Positions 28,746 through 40,056 of a stretch of 64,000 bases of DNA are shown one piece after another. The position numbers were made by a program, and so were the translations under genes. Position 1 is the stretch's first letter, and each line of letters begins with the position of its first letter. The notes below the pieces were generated by a model, which saw only the letters and a list, made by a program, of their open reading frames with translations, did no database searches and had not been told where the DNA came from. The stretch lies in contig JBPOHN010000024.1 of assembly GCA_052035525.1 (NCBI GenBank), positions 13,527 to 77,526 of the forward strand, given 5' to 3'. The stretch is from Armatimonadota bacterium. GTDB taxonomy: Bacteria; Armatimonadota; UBA5829.

Positions 28746-30788
28746 CTAGAGGGCAACACGCGACTCTCCACCTTCGGGCAGAACCAGCCGTAGAATGTCG
28801 CCTTTGCTTGACTTCTCGACCCTAATCTCACGCGCCAGGCGCGCCGTCTCCGTGGGCGAAACGTCTGTGAACACCACCGCGATCCGCCTCGCCACTTGCT
28901 TACCTGCTTTGACGCTGCGGGACGAATCGGAGAACGACCCGAACAACGTGTCCTGCAGAGCGCCGTCCCGATTGTAGTTTCTGACATCCTCATAAGCGAG
29001 ACCCGAACCTGACACTGCCACTATCCCCAGCCTGCCGTCCAGGTTTGCCCAGTTGCCCGGTATGCGGATGAGGTCCTGGGTCCCGAGCCCGACGATCGTT
29101 TCCGACCCCGACTGGTAGTAGAGCTTCCGCACGTTGCCCGTATACTCGTCGTTTTCGATACCGATGGGCACACCCTGCTCACGGGTTACCGTCACGTCCT
29201 TCAGGGCAGTGATCCGGTCCGCGTAGACCACGGTCTTTTCCCCGACTGAAACGAAGCGCAGTTCTTGCTTGAGCACGCCGTCGTTCAGGATGATTGTTCC
29301 AGTGGTCTCGAAACCGGTCGCCGTCTTCTGCCAGTCCGGCTTCTCGATCCTGGATTTGCCCGCCAAATCCTTGCAGGTGATCGTGCCAACGAATCCGTCG
29401 GCGCGCGGAGTAGTAAAGTAAGGATTCGCCTCGTGGCCCGGTCCGATCGGCATCACGACACCCAGCACCTTGTTTTTCCACGAGAACGAGGCGAACTTGC
29501 TTCCAGTCCGATGCGACATCATATCCGCATACTGGTAATACCGCACTCCGAGCAGCGCCTTCTCGTCGCGGATCGTGCGCTCCTTCTCCGCGAAGCCGAA
29601 CATCTTGTGCATCAGATACGCGTAACACAGCCGCTCCGCGCATATCGCTTCGCGGGCGAAGCCCAGCCTTGACGATGGCCCGGCGAACTTGCCGCCGTGC
29701 AGCATCTGGTGACCGCGAATGTACTGCGCCACTATCTTCTCCATCCCCAGCCCGAGCGGGTCCTTGCCGTAGCTGGCCAGGAAGGCGAGGTAGTGGATGT
29801 GCCCATCGCTGTTGACCGCCCAATCCATCCCCTGCGTATATGCCCAGTAACCGTGGGGCATCATGATCGTCTGAAGGCACTTCCACGTGTCGAGCAAGTG
29901 GTGCCCGGAAGCCTGTGGAACAGGATGACCGCCGTACGCGAAGAACAGGGCTCCAGTACCAACCTCAGCCGGACTGACCATCGTATACGAGGGATGGAAG
30001 AAGCCGTGGTTATCGAGCGAGAAGTCCGGGTGGTAGTTGACGGTGCATACCCAGTCTCTGACAGGGCGGCCATCAACTATGGTGGAATCCTCCTCATCCG
30101 CGGCCACGGATACCGTGTTCATCATATACTCGATGCACTTCGTCCGCCACTTCGCGGCGTTCGGGTGATCCGGAAACATGCTCGCCGCCGCGGCGATGCA
30201 CGTCAGATCCCAGCCGTTCTCCTCGGCCCTGGTGTTTCCCCATTCAGCGCCGGGAGGCGTGAGGGGCAGGAACCGGTCGGCTTCATATTCCGCCACGCGC
30301 TTAACCAGCTCTTTCGTATCTGCATCGAGCTCGTCCCATACGATCCAAGCGGCCATGCATACGGTGCCCGTCCACATTGCCGATTGCCAGCTTCTGCTCC
30401 ATTGCTTGCCATCGGTACACACCTGCTTGCTGGTGGAGTGAGTCAGAGTTACGAAGCGTACCCCCGCAGTGGCACGTTTGACGTAGAGAGACCGCAGCCG
30501 ATCGTTCTGCAGATCGATCTTCTTTGCGGCCACCGCGTAGGCGAGAGCAGTGTTGGCTACGGCCCTGATCCCCTCGTTGCCGCCGCTTATCCCGTTACCC
30601 CAGTAGCCCGCGCCCTCGCCGAACGCCGCCGGCTGGTACTTGCCCTCGGCAAACAGGCAATACTGCGCAATCATAGTCTTATACAGGCCCATCAACTCGT
30701 CATTCGAGATCGATGGCTTGACCGTGTACACGCCCGCCCGCGCGCTGACGGAGAGAATGAGGAGAATGATCGTAGCGAGGAATCTCAT
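28746..30788 (-). CDS. secreted polysaccharide lyase, heparinase II/III-like (alginate-lyase-type alpha/alpha toroid plus beta-sandwich)
   Basis: Signal peptide MRFLATIILLILSVSARA. The central W/H/Y-rich region (HPDFSLDNHGFFHPSYTM, HGYWAYTQGMDW) is typical of heparinase II/III-like lyases. Start is at 30788. Confidence 0.5.
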   Translation of the reverse strand: MRFLATIILLILSVSARAGVYTVKPSISNDELMGLYKTMIAQYCLFAEGKYQPAAFGEGAGYWGNGISGGNEGIRAVANTALAYAVAAKKIDLQNDRLRSLYVKRATAGVRFVTLTHSTSKQVCTDGKQWSRSWQSAMWTGTVCMAAWIVWDELDADTKELVKRVAEYEADRFLPLTPPGAEWGNTRAEENGWDLTCIAAAASMFPDHPNAAKWRTKCIEYMMNTVSVAADEEDSTIVDGRPVRDWVCTVNYHPDFSLDNHGFFHPSYTMVSPAEVGTGALFFAYGGHPVPQASGHHLLDTWKCLQTIMMPHGYWAYTQGMDWAVNSDGHIHYLAFLASYGKDPLGLGMEKIVAQYIRGHQMLHGGKFAGPSSRLGFAREAICAERLCYAYLMHKMFGFAEKERTIRDEKALLGVRYYQYADMMSHRTGSKFASFSWKNKVLGVVMPIGPGHEANPYFTTPRADGFVGTITCKDLAGKSRIEKPDWQKTATGFETTGTIILNDGVLKQELRFVSVGEKTVVYADRITALKDVTVTREQGVPIGIENDEYTGNVRKLYYQSGSETIVGLGTQDLIRIPGNWANLDGRLGIVAVSGSGLAYEDVRNYNRDGALQDTLFGSFSDSSRSVKAGKQVARRIAVVFTDVSPTETARLAREIRVEKSSKGDILRLVLPEGGESRVAL

Positions 30789-31048
30789 TGCTTGCCCTTT
30801 CGATGCGGTGACCACGAATATCGAGGCCAGCTCAGCAGTGCCGCTTAAGTCATTATGTGCGCGGCCACTTGCCCGCGCAAGCCAGCCAGCCCGCTAGCCC
30901 CGCTGTCGATTCCGAGTACTGCGACATCATCCTGTCATTCAGGAACGGCTTCGGCTACCCATATCCTTGCGCAGTGGTGAGGGATTGGGGGGAGGCTATA
31001 TACGGTGCGTATTCCTGATGGCCTCGACCTCACGGCATGATTAGCTAA

Positions 31049-31090
31049 GGGCGTATGCTGGGGGCGGATAGGCCGCCCCAGCATACGCCC
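31049..31090 (-). terminator. long GC-rich hairpin (18-19-bp stem) downstream of the GEVED gene
   Basis: gggcgtatgctgggggcgg-atag-gccgccccagcatacgccc, about 80 bp after the stop at 31169. No clear U-tract. Confidence 0.45.
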
Positions 31091-31168
31091 GTTGGTATCG
31101 CAGGCAGCACCCACTGCATCCAGGATGCTGATTGGGCCCGTCTATGTTTCTTGCGAGTCACATAAAGG

Positions 31169-34100
31169 TCAGTCGGGTACGTGCGCGGCACCGGTCATGT
31201 CATCCGCATAGCTCCGCGGAACCAGCAGCCGAACTGGACCGCCGAATGGATTCGATATGACACGAACGATGCCGGTCACGGCCCAGTAACCCGTAACAGG
31301 AGTCGCGGGAGCATCGGGCGGCAGCACAATCGCAATCCCCTTACTCTGTTCTCCAAGATCCGTGACGTAACCGTCGGAGAGTGCGCTGCCGTCATCGATC
31401 CAGACAACACGCCTGTCGCTTCCGTTGATGCAGACGCTGCCGTGACCCGTGACTGATCCACTGGTGCGCACCAGCATACCGGCATTGCTGAGTCCCGTTG
31501 CACTCGCGGGAGTCGATATCCAGCCGCTTGTCACCGCCGGTTGGAAGCCGAACTCGCCACCGCCGACTGCCTTGTTGGTTAGCATTAGAGGATCTATCTC
31601 TGGGTCTTTGGAGACAACAATGGACTCTATTGGTTGAATCACCAACTCGGCGTTGTCGTTCAGATAGGTGGTACCAAGAACAGACAGGCTATCCCCTATT
31701 CTTGCGTCACGAATGGACGAACCGAGCACGCCGATTCCTGATGTTCTGTTCCCGTCCTCAACGTAGACCCAGTTCCAACCATCCGGCCATCCGGACGCGG
31801 AACGAAAGTCGGCAGTTATCTCCTGATCCACAAGCATTACGGTGGAACCCACCTCCGCAGCCTTGACCGAGTGTATCGCCACAGGGGCGACGCCGACTAT
31901 CGTCTTGGCGCTCATCAGCGGATCAGGCGTGAGGTATATGCCCACGGGGCTTTCATCTGGACCGATGACCGCAACGGCGCTTGCAACCTGGCACTGATAC
32001 GTGCTTCCGGGCGTGGCGGTGGAGGCCATCGTATAGCTGATCACGGCGTGGATATCCTGGCCCGGAGCTATGGTCTGAGGCGCCGACAGATTGATCGTGC
32101 ACTCCCCATCATCTGAAGCATAGGCGCCGGTTCCGATCAGAGAATCGCCGCCATCCACAATTCCATTAACATTGCCGTCGATCCAGAGGTTGACGGCTTC
32201 TATGTCGGAAGCGTCATCCCCGCTGCCGCTTGCCCTCAGATCGATCGACTTCCACGAAATCTCGCTGGTCGATGCCGACGCGAGCTTCACGCGCAGCATT
32301 TCGTTATTCTGGTCGGCGGCCGGCCACCAGAAATGGTCCGGAATGTGCAGCTCTTCTGATATCTGCAGCGAATCAGTTCCGCCGTAGAGCTCGAAGCCCA
32401 TATCGATCTGATTGCCGTATAGTCCGCTGCCTACAGGGTGTCCCAGATAGCTCCAGACAACCACTGTGTCATTCTTCCAGGCGGAAGCCGCGCCGAAGCT
32501 GTCGGCGGACGTCATCCATCCAAATAGCGCCCCGTTCCCGGGAGACTCGACGTTTACCGATAGCCAGTAGACCCCGGGATTGCCCTCAGCGCCACCCAGC
32601 ACAAATCGGTCCGCTTCATCGATGTGGAACTTGTAGCGCAGGCAGTCCTGTTCTTCAGAGATCGCGTAATCCCCGAGCGGGGTCATCCAGCCCGTGCTGC
32701 TGGTGCAGTAGTCGCTGACCTCGAACTCCCCGGGACCATATCTGTGAGACCAGATGAGTTCGCCCGGCATGCTTCTGCCTGTGCAGCTTTCACTGGCAGG
32801 TATGCTGCGATAGATGCTAAGATTGAAGGCTACGTCCCCGCAGCCACCTTCTGGCAGGATGTTCTGATACCACGAACCCCAAATACCTATGTCGGTTATC
32901 CGGCCGCACTGAGTGATCTGGAACTCGTCGCTCGCGGCGTAATTGCCGGTTACGTTAACGCCGACGCCGGTCCACGACGTATCCACCGCTTGATGCCATA
33001 TAATCCCTATCGGCAGCGAGTAGTCCTCTACCTCGCCGTCATTGGCGGGACCATCGAATGGCAAACCGCCGGTTGAACTGAACCTGAACCTGGCTATAGC
33101 ATTAGTTCCTGGTGTGGCAAGGAGTGGGACACGGACCGGAAGAGAATTGGCTCCCGGAGACAAAGGCATGGCGTTGAACACGTGCTCGCCGGGGTCCAGC
33201 CAGTCGCCGTCGGCGTTGAAGTCGATCCATGCGTCCAGGAAACCGTGGGTAGAAGCAGTGACCGTCAGTGATGGAAGAGTCCCTGGAAGCAGAGGCCCAT
33301 TGACCTGGACTCCGTCTTCGTCTGCGAACGCATTGTTGTCATCATCCATCGCATTGGGGCTCGGCTGACCATCGGGTTCGGAGTCGATCAACCATCCCAG
33401 GTACATCCCCGACACAACTCGATGGCGTGCGCCATTGCTCGTGGCAAGTGTAGGATAGTTGCTCGGGGCATCACCCCAGTCGTATGTATCGACTTGACCG
33501 CCGGTGATGAATACCTGATAGTCTTCGACTTCACCATTGTCTGCGGCGCCCTCGAATGACAGACCTCCCTTGGAATTGAACCTGAACCTCGCGAACGTGA
33601 ACCCTCCGGATGAGCCGGATGGAACGTGGAAGTTGAGCGTGCTCGGCGTGCTATGCAGATACTGGTCCATAAATATCTGTTCATCTGCGCCGAAGCTGTT
33701 GACTGCATCGAAAGTCCCGCTTCCATCGAAGTCAATCCAGGCGTTCAGGAAGCCCGTCGTTGAATTGGCGACCGTGATGCTTGCATTCGCGCCCGCGACC
33801 AGAGGGCCATTGAACACCACTCCGTCTTCGTCTGGTGATCCGTCGAGGTCGTCTCCGGAAGCATCTGCCGTCGGAAAGCCATCTAGCTCGCAATCCGCTG
33901 TCTGTCCAAGGTAGTAAACCAGACCGTTGCACGCAACGTGGTGGGGGCCGTTGTTCGCTAACGACGTGTGGTATGTGTCGGGAGCATCGCCGAAATCGCA
34001 ATCACCCCGGTTGCCGTGTCCGTTGCCTCCACCGCCTCCTGGCGCGCGTATGACCACCAGATAATCTTCGACTTCACCATCACTGGCCTCGCCGTAGTAG

Positions 34101-36194
34101 GAGAGATTGCCCGTTGAACTAAGCCGAATTCGCGCGTAGGTCTGGGCCGGACTCAGATTCGACGGTACGGTGAATGAAAGCACGTTCGTACCCGCGACAA
34201 CCGGCGCGCTTGAAGGGAATATCTGCTCGCCGGCATCGGCCCAGTCTCCATCGGCATTGTAGTCGATCCATGCGTCTATGTATCCGGCCCCGGAGGCGGT
34301 TACGGTCATAGTTGCGCCCGATCCGGAAACCATCGTGCTGAAAACAACGCCGTCCTCATCATTGCTCAGGTCGAAGGGAGGGTCGCCCGTAAGACAGTAG
34401 TCGTCGCCCAGCGCGCCGCCGGGGGGATAAGGGATACCATCCATCTCGAAATCCACGAATGCGCCCAGGTATATGTTGTTCGGCACTAATATGTGTCGCG
34501 CCCCATCGTCTGCTTCCAGGGTTGGATAGCTGAAACGCGGGTACTGGGGACCCGAGGGCGCGTCACCCCAATCGTACTGCCTTATCGTTACTTTGTAGTC
34601 TTCCACCTCGCCATCGTCCGCATAGCCACTGTGGGACAAGCCTCCGGTTGAGCTGTAGCGGAACCGCACGAACGTATCGACTGTCTTCACATACATAGGA
34701 ACGGTATCAAGAAGAAGCCTGTTGGCGCCTGGGTTCAAGGGATACTTGACAAGAGGATGCTCGTCGAAGTCATCCCAGTCACCGTCACCGTTATAGTCGA
34801 TCCAGGCGTCCAGATAGCCGGGGGCTGACGCGGTTACAGTCACATACTGAGGATCACCGGATTTCATCACACTATTGTCGAACACCACGCCGTCGTCATC
34901 GTCGAGGCCGTTAGTATCATCGCCATCGGCGTCTGCACTGGGCTGGCCATTCGATTCGCTGTCGATGCCCAATCCGAGATACATGCCTGCAATGATCTGA
35001 TGATGTGCTCCGTTGTTGCCTTGCAGAGTCGGGTAGAGGGGAGACGTATCGGAGTCAGGCGCATCGCCCCAGTCATAGAGAGTGATTTTGTAGTCCTCGA
35101 CCTCTCCATCCTCTGCAACCCCGAAGTAAGACAGACCTGGCGTCCTGCTGATGCGGAACCGGGCATAGGTGGCGCCGACCACATAGCTCTGCGGGACGGT
35201 AAAGGAGAGCATGTTGGGTCCATCGCTTACAGCAGCATCTTGAAAAATCTGTTCACCGCTATCCGCCCAGTCACCATCGGCATTGAAATCGATCCATGCG
35301 TTCAAGAGACATGTGCTGCCGAAAGTCGACGCGATCACGGTCACGGTCGCGTTCATACCTGGAATCAGATCGCTCGTGAAGTCTACACCGTCTTCATCAT
35401 CCCCGTCCTGATCTTTGTCATCGCCGAGCGCCGCGGCATCGGGCTGACCGTCGGACTCAAAATCGATCGCAGCGCCTAGATGCGGCCCGCCGTCTACAAA
35501 CATGTGCCGAGCGCCGTTCTGGCCTATCATGGTCGGGTAAGGCTCGGGAGCATCGCCAAAATCGCTCTCCTTGATTGCGACGGTGTAATCCTCGACTTCT
35601 CCGTCCGACGCTCCGCCAAAGTAGTCCAGATTGGGAGTCGAGCTGTATCTGAACCGTGCGTATGTCCTGTTCGTTCCAACAGCGTGCTGTGGAACGACGA
35701 TGTTTATCTGGTGTGTACCGGCCGGATATTGCTGGCTGACGATAACATGTTCCTCGGGCTCATCCCAGTCGCCGTCGCAGTTGAAATCTATCCAGGCGCT
35801 CAGGTAACCATTGCTTTGAGAGACAGTGACAGTGACGTTTGCTGTCTGTCCGGGAACCAGATCGCCATGGAATTGCACGCCGTCCTCATCATCGCCGCGG
35901 ATTTGCTTATTATCATCACCGTCAGCATCTAGGCTTGGAGCCCCGTCGTTCTCCCTGTCAACTCCCTTGCCGAGATAGTACAAGTCATCTATTGCCACGT
36001 GGTGCGCCCCATTACTGACGCGCAAGGTACAATAGGAATCCGGCGCATCGCCCCAGTCAATATCGGGATTGCCTGGATCGGTTGCGCCCCAATCACCGTT
36101 CTTCAGATCGCAGTTGCCCACAGCGGCTAACAGCCCAACCAGGACAATGATGCAAATCCAAACAAACCATGTTCCAGTTCCCTTGCCCACCATA
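31169..36194 (-). CDS. giant secreted repeat protein with about 8 GEVED-type domains plus C-terminal beta-rich region
   Basis: 1,675 aa from the ATG at 36194 (MVGKGTGTWFVWICIIVLVGLLAAVGNC). Reiterated about 150-aa modules each begin DWGDAPD..YPT and end DGEVEDY (the GEVED motif). Confidence 0.6.
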
Positions 36195-36590
36195 GCACCT
36201 CTCCCCCGATTCTTGGTTGATCTTTGCTGCCACCACCGACAACTTGGCGCTTCGATGTTCACGTCCGAACCGCGATACTGTCACCGCTCCAGGAAGAAGG
36301 AAATCCTGAAGTGCGATTGCCGCCGGCTCGACTTCCATTGTCTTTCACCTGACTAAGTAGCAGCTGGTACACTCGTGGTATTTCTAAATGCAGTTGCGAT
36401 GCCCAAGACATAGTGGCAGCCAGCCGGATTCTATCCGGCAAATCTCGAGTTGTCAACCCCTGCAACCTGACTCCTGCAACCTGACTCTAACTGCTCACGA
36501 ACCAAGTTCGGGATGACGACAGCGCCCTCATCTGTTCTGAGCAGTCACCCGTCATTTGCCTTTTTTCGTCGCAAAATGAGATAATACAGT

Positions 36591-39500
36591 ATGCTTCATA
36601 AGTTGAAAGCGCTTGCACCGGTTGCGTTCGGACTTGGTTTCGCCAGCCGCGCCGGTGATAGCTCTAACCCTCAGGATATCGCGCCGGCTGCGCGCGGTCG
36701 GGACAAGTGGATATGGATCGCCAATCCCGAGCCCACCCACAACTCCTACATCCAGGTCCGTAAGCTTTTCCAGCTATCCGCCGCGCCCACGAAGGCAGAG
36801 ATCAAGATCAGCGCCGACTCTCGCTACAAGCTCTACGTCAACGGCCGCTACGTCGGCAAGGGTCCTGTCCGCAGCGGCGAAGGTTACGCGTATTTCGACA
36901 CGCACGATGTTGCGGAAATCCTCGGCAAGGGCAAGAACGTGATCGCCATTCTCGCCCACCACATCGGCGAGAGCACCCGAAGCTACACTCCGCGCAGGCC
37001 CGGTGTTATCTGCAAGGTGGAAATGACCGTCGGAGGCCAGCCGCTCGAATTCGGCACCGACGAGACCTGGAAGGTCCGCCGCGCCGCCGAATGGACCAAC
37101 GCGGGCGCACGCCTGAACCCCTACCTGGGATTCCAGGAGGTCTATGATGCCGCTCAGGCAGCCGACGGCTGGACGGAGATCAGATTCAGCGAGAAAGGCT
37201 GGGAGCAAGCGGCGGCGCTGGGTGAAGCGCCGGACATGCCGTGGGGCGAGCTGTTCTCCAGGCAAATACCGCAACTTCGCGAGCAGACGATCATACCGCG
37301 CGCTGTGGCGGGCGTATACAATGCCCCTGAAGTAGCCCGCGACACTCCTCCGGCAAGCATTCCGGACATGATGGCCTCATCGGAGCTGTCGCCTCTCAAG
37401 GCTGGCGCCGTGAAGCATCCGGAGGCTCTCACCTCCGACAGCGGCACTGCGGAAGTGCGCACTCCGCGCGGCGATAGAGGCGTTGCGATCATACTCGACT
37501 TCGGCCGCGAGGTCTTCGGCAACGTGGAAGTCGGGATCGCCGGCTCGGGCACGGGGTATATCGACCTCGGCTACGCTGAAGCGCTGTCCGATGGCCACGT
37601 GAAACCGAACGTTGGCGATACCCGCTATACGGACCGCATCCTGCTCAAGAAGGGCAAGCTCGCATGGCAAAGCTTTGAACCACGCGCGTTCAGATACCTG
37701 CAGGTCGAGTTCCGCCGCTGCTCAAAGCCTGTTGCTATCGACTACATCCGCGTGAACCAGACGACATATCCGGTGGAACACGTCGGCATGTTTGAGTGCA
37801 ACGACCGGCTCCTCAACGACATCTGGACTGCCGGCGCGCTGACAACCGAGCTTTGCATGGAAGATGCCCTGATAGACACACCGTGGCGTGAGCGAGCGCA
37901 GTGGTGGGGCGACGCCCGCGTGCTCTCGAGAGCAGCATACTACGCATTTGACGATACGAAACTGCTAGCGCAGGGCCTGCGGCAGATCGCCTCATCTCAG
38001 GACAAACACGGGGCAATACCGGGCCTTTATCCTTCCGGTGAGAAGATGGCATCGCCGGACTTCGCGCTGCTGTGGGTCTTCTCTATACTCGACTACTTCG
38101 GTTTCGCGGACGACACGGAGCTTGTGCGCGATCTTTACCCCGCTGTCGAGGCTCTGCTGAAGTGGTTCGCCCGCTACGAGAACGAGGACGGAATGCTCGA
38201 AAACGTCCCGGGCGCGCTGCTCATCGACCGCGCTGACCTGGAACGCGAGGGCGAGGTTACATCGCTCAACTGCCTCTATTACCAGGCGCTCCGAGTGGCC
38301 TCCGCGCTCGCCTCAATAAGCGAAAAACCAGAGGCCGCGCAGGAATACATCACCAAGGCTGAGCGCCTCAGAATAGTCATCAACAAATTCATGTATGTGC
38401 CCAGGCGAGGGCTCTATGCTGAGTGCCGGGTTGGCGGCAAGCTGGTTGAGAAGTTTAGCCGCCAGACCAACATATTCGCTGCGCTCTTCGACATAGGCGA
38501 CCAGTATCAGAAGTCCGGCATACTCCGGGTGCTTTCCAACGGCTCACTGCCCGACGTTGCCACACCCTATTTCGCATCCTACTATCTGGAAGCACTTTAC
38601 TCCATTGACGCGCATGACCGCGCTCTCGACTACATCCGCCGCAAATGGGGAGATATGGTCAAAGCCGGCTCGACGACGCTCTGGGAGAAGTTCACTGCTG
38701 ATGGGGCCCTCTGCCACGGCTCGGCGACCTGCCCGACCCGGGACCTGATCGCCGAATACGTCGGCATAAAACCGGTACTCGGCACCCACAGGTTCTCGGT
38801 CACGCCTCACACAGCCGATCTGAAATGGGCCAGGGGCTCGGTGAATACCGATCACGGGCTGCTGACGGTGGCGTGGCGTGCGACGAGAAACCGTCTGGAC
38901 ATCGACCTCACCATACCCGATGGCCTAAAGGTGGATGTCTACCCGCCGGGACCGATCGATTCAACGATATCAGTCGATGGCAAGCATTGGCCCACGCGGG
39001 TTGTCACTCTCTCTGGCGGGCGCCGCCACATACGCGTGATTGCTCCAAAGGCCTCCCGGGCTCCGGTTTACGACGAAGCGGTGCCCACTCTTGCGCCGCA
39101 TGTTGAGGTGTTGGAGCACGGTATCCGTATCGGCAGACACGGCACGGCTATCGAGCCGCGAAAGCGGACGCGGCTCCGCCGCAAGGAAAAGGACGAACAG
39201 GTTACCGCAGCTGAGGAGCCGATCGTGGTCTCCTTCGCCCCTGAGGAGCCCGCCGAAGCAGAGGAGAGGCCGAAGACCAGGGGAAGGTCGCGTAGAGGCG
39301 GCCGCGCTAAGGTTGCGTTGGCCGAGTCAGAGACTGCGGAGCAGGCAGTAGAACCCGCGCCCGAGGCCACTGAGACGGAGTCAGTCCAGAAGCCGGCTAG
39401 CGAGCCTGCGGCCGCCGCTGAAGTCGAAGCGGAAGCGCCGGCGGCAAAGCGCAGAAGAAGGCCGAGAGGCAGAGGTGGACGCGGCAGGGGAACTGGCACT

Positions 39501-40055
39501 CCCGCTCCCGAATCAGTGCAAGAAGAGACTGCAGGGGAGACTCCAGAAGAGGTCTCACACGAAGCCGGTGCCGAACCCGAACCGGAAGCAGCCCCCGAAG
39601 CCGCCTGGGAAGCCACTGCTCCCAGGAAACGCAGAAGGTCCCGCGGCAGAGGAGGAAGGGGCAGGTCACGCGCGCCCGAAGCAGCGAATGGTGAAGCCCC
39701 ATCCGCTGAGCCAGAGCCCGTGGAGTCTCCGCCGGAGCCTGCCGAGCCCGAACAGGCAGCGACTCCTGAAGGTGAGGAAGCGGCGGCGGCGAAACGCAGG
39801 AGAAGATCGCGTGGTAGGGGCGGCAGAGGAAGATCGCGCGCTCCGGAAGCGGACGGCGCCGAGGCGGCCAGCGAGAAACCGGACCGGGAATCAGCTCCCA
39901 CTGCTGAAGTCGCTCCGGTTGCGGAGGCCTCTGATGCACTTCCTGCCGTGGAAGAAACCGATCAGCCAAGACCCAGACGGCGGACGTATCGTCGCAGGAC
40001 GGCCAGGACTGAATCACGCAGCGAGAACTCGGGAGAGAACCCAACCGCGGAGTGA
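36591..40055 (+). CDS. GH78-like alpha-L-rhamnosidase fused to a 330-aa Arg/Ala/Glu/Pro-rich repetitive tail
   Basis: The N-terminal 820 aa have WIWIANPEP, YKLYVNGRYVGKGP (Bac_rhamnosid_N-like) and IDTPWRERAQWWGDARV (six-hairpin GH78 catalytic signature). A continuous ORF carries on into three AAKRRRR(P/S)RGRGGRGR(S)RAPEA repeats. Confidence 0.6.
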   Translation: MLHKLKALAPVAFGLGFASRAGDSSNPQDIAPAARGRDKWIWIANPEPTHNSYIQVRKLFQLSAAPTKAEIKISADSRYKLYVNGRYVGKGPVRSGEGYAYFDTHDVAEILGKGKNVIAILAHHIGESTRSYTPRRPGVICKVEMTVGGQPLEFGTDETWKVRRAAEWTNAGARLNPYLGFQEVYDAAQAADGWTEIRFSEKGWEQAAALGEAPDMPWGELFSRQIPQLREQTIIPRAVAGVYNAPEVARDTPPASIPDMMASSELSPLKAGAVKHPEALTSDSGTAEVRTPRGDRGVAIILDFGREVFGNVEVGIAGSGTGYIDLGYAEALSDGHVKPNVGDTRYTDRILLKKGKLAWQSFEPRAFRYLQVEFRRCSKPVAIDYIRVNQTTYPVEHVGMFECNDRLLNDIWTAGALTTELCMEDALIDTPWRERAQWWGDARVLSRAAYYAFDDTKLLAQGLRQIASSQDKHGAIPGLYPSGEKMASPDFALLWVFSILDYFGFADDTELVRDLYPAVEALLKWFARYENEDGMLENVPGALLIDRADLEREGEVTSLNCLYYQALRVASALASISEKPEAAQEYITKAERLRIVINKFMYVPRRGLYAECRVGGKLVEKFSRQTNIFAALFDIGDQYQKSGILRVLSNGSLPDVATPYFASYYLEALYSIDAHDRALDYIRRKWGDMVKAGSTTLWEKFTADGALCHGSATCPTRDLIAEYVGIKPVLGTHRFSVTPHTADLKWARGSVNTDHGLLTVAWRATRNRLDIDLTIPDGLKVDVYPPGPIDSTISVDGKHWPTRVVTLSGGRRHIRVIAPKASRAPVYDEAVPTLAPHVEVLEHGIRIGRHGTAIEPRKRTRLRRKEKDEQVTAAEEPIVVSFAPEEPAEAEERPKTRGRSRRGGRAKVALAESETAEQAVEPAPEATETESVQKPASEPAAAAEVEAEAPAAKRRRRPRGRGGRGRGTGTPAPESVQEETAGETPEEVSHEAGAEPEPEAAPEAAWEATAPRKRRRSRGRGGRGRSRAPEAANGEAPSAEPEPVESPPEPAEPEQAATPEGEEAAAAKRRRRSRGRGGRGRSRAPEADGAEAASEKPDRESAPTAEVAPVAEASDALPAVEETDQPRPRRRTYRRRTARTESRSENSGENPTAE

Positions 40056-40056
40056 T

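Noticed and set aside
31181-36338. Multiple + strand ORFs inside the GEVED gene (for example 32230..32718, 35000..35479)
   Set aside because: Antisense shadows within a 5-kb high-GC repeat gene. None has family-like sequence.
39068-40044. Minus-strand ORFs 39068..39901 and 39397..40044
   Set aside because: Antisense shadows of the Arg/Ala/Pro-rich GH78 tail. They are low-complexity and have no independent signal.
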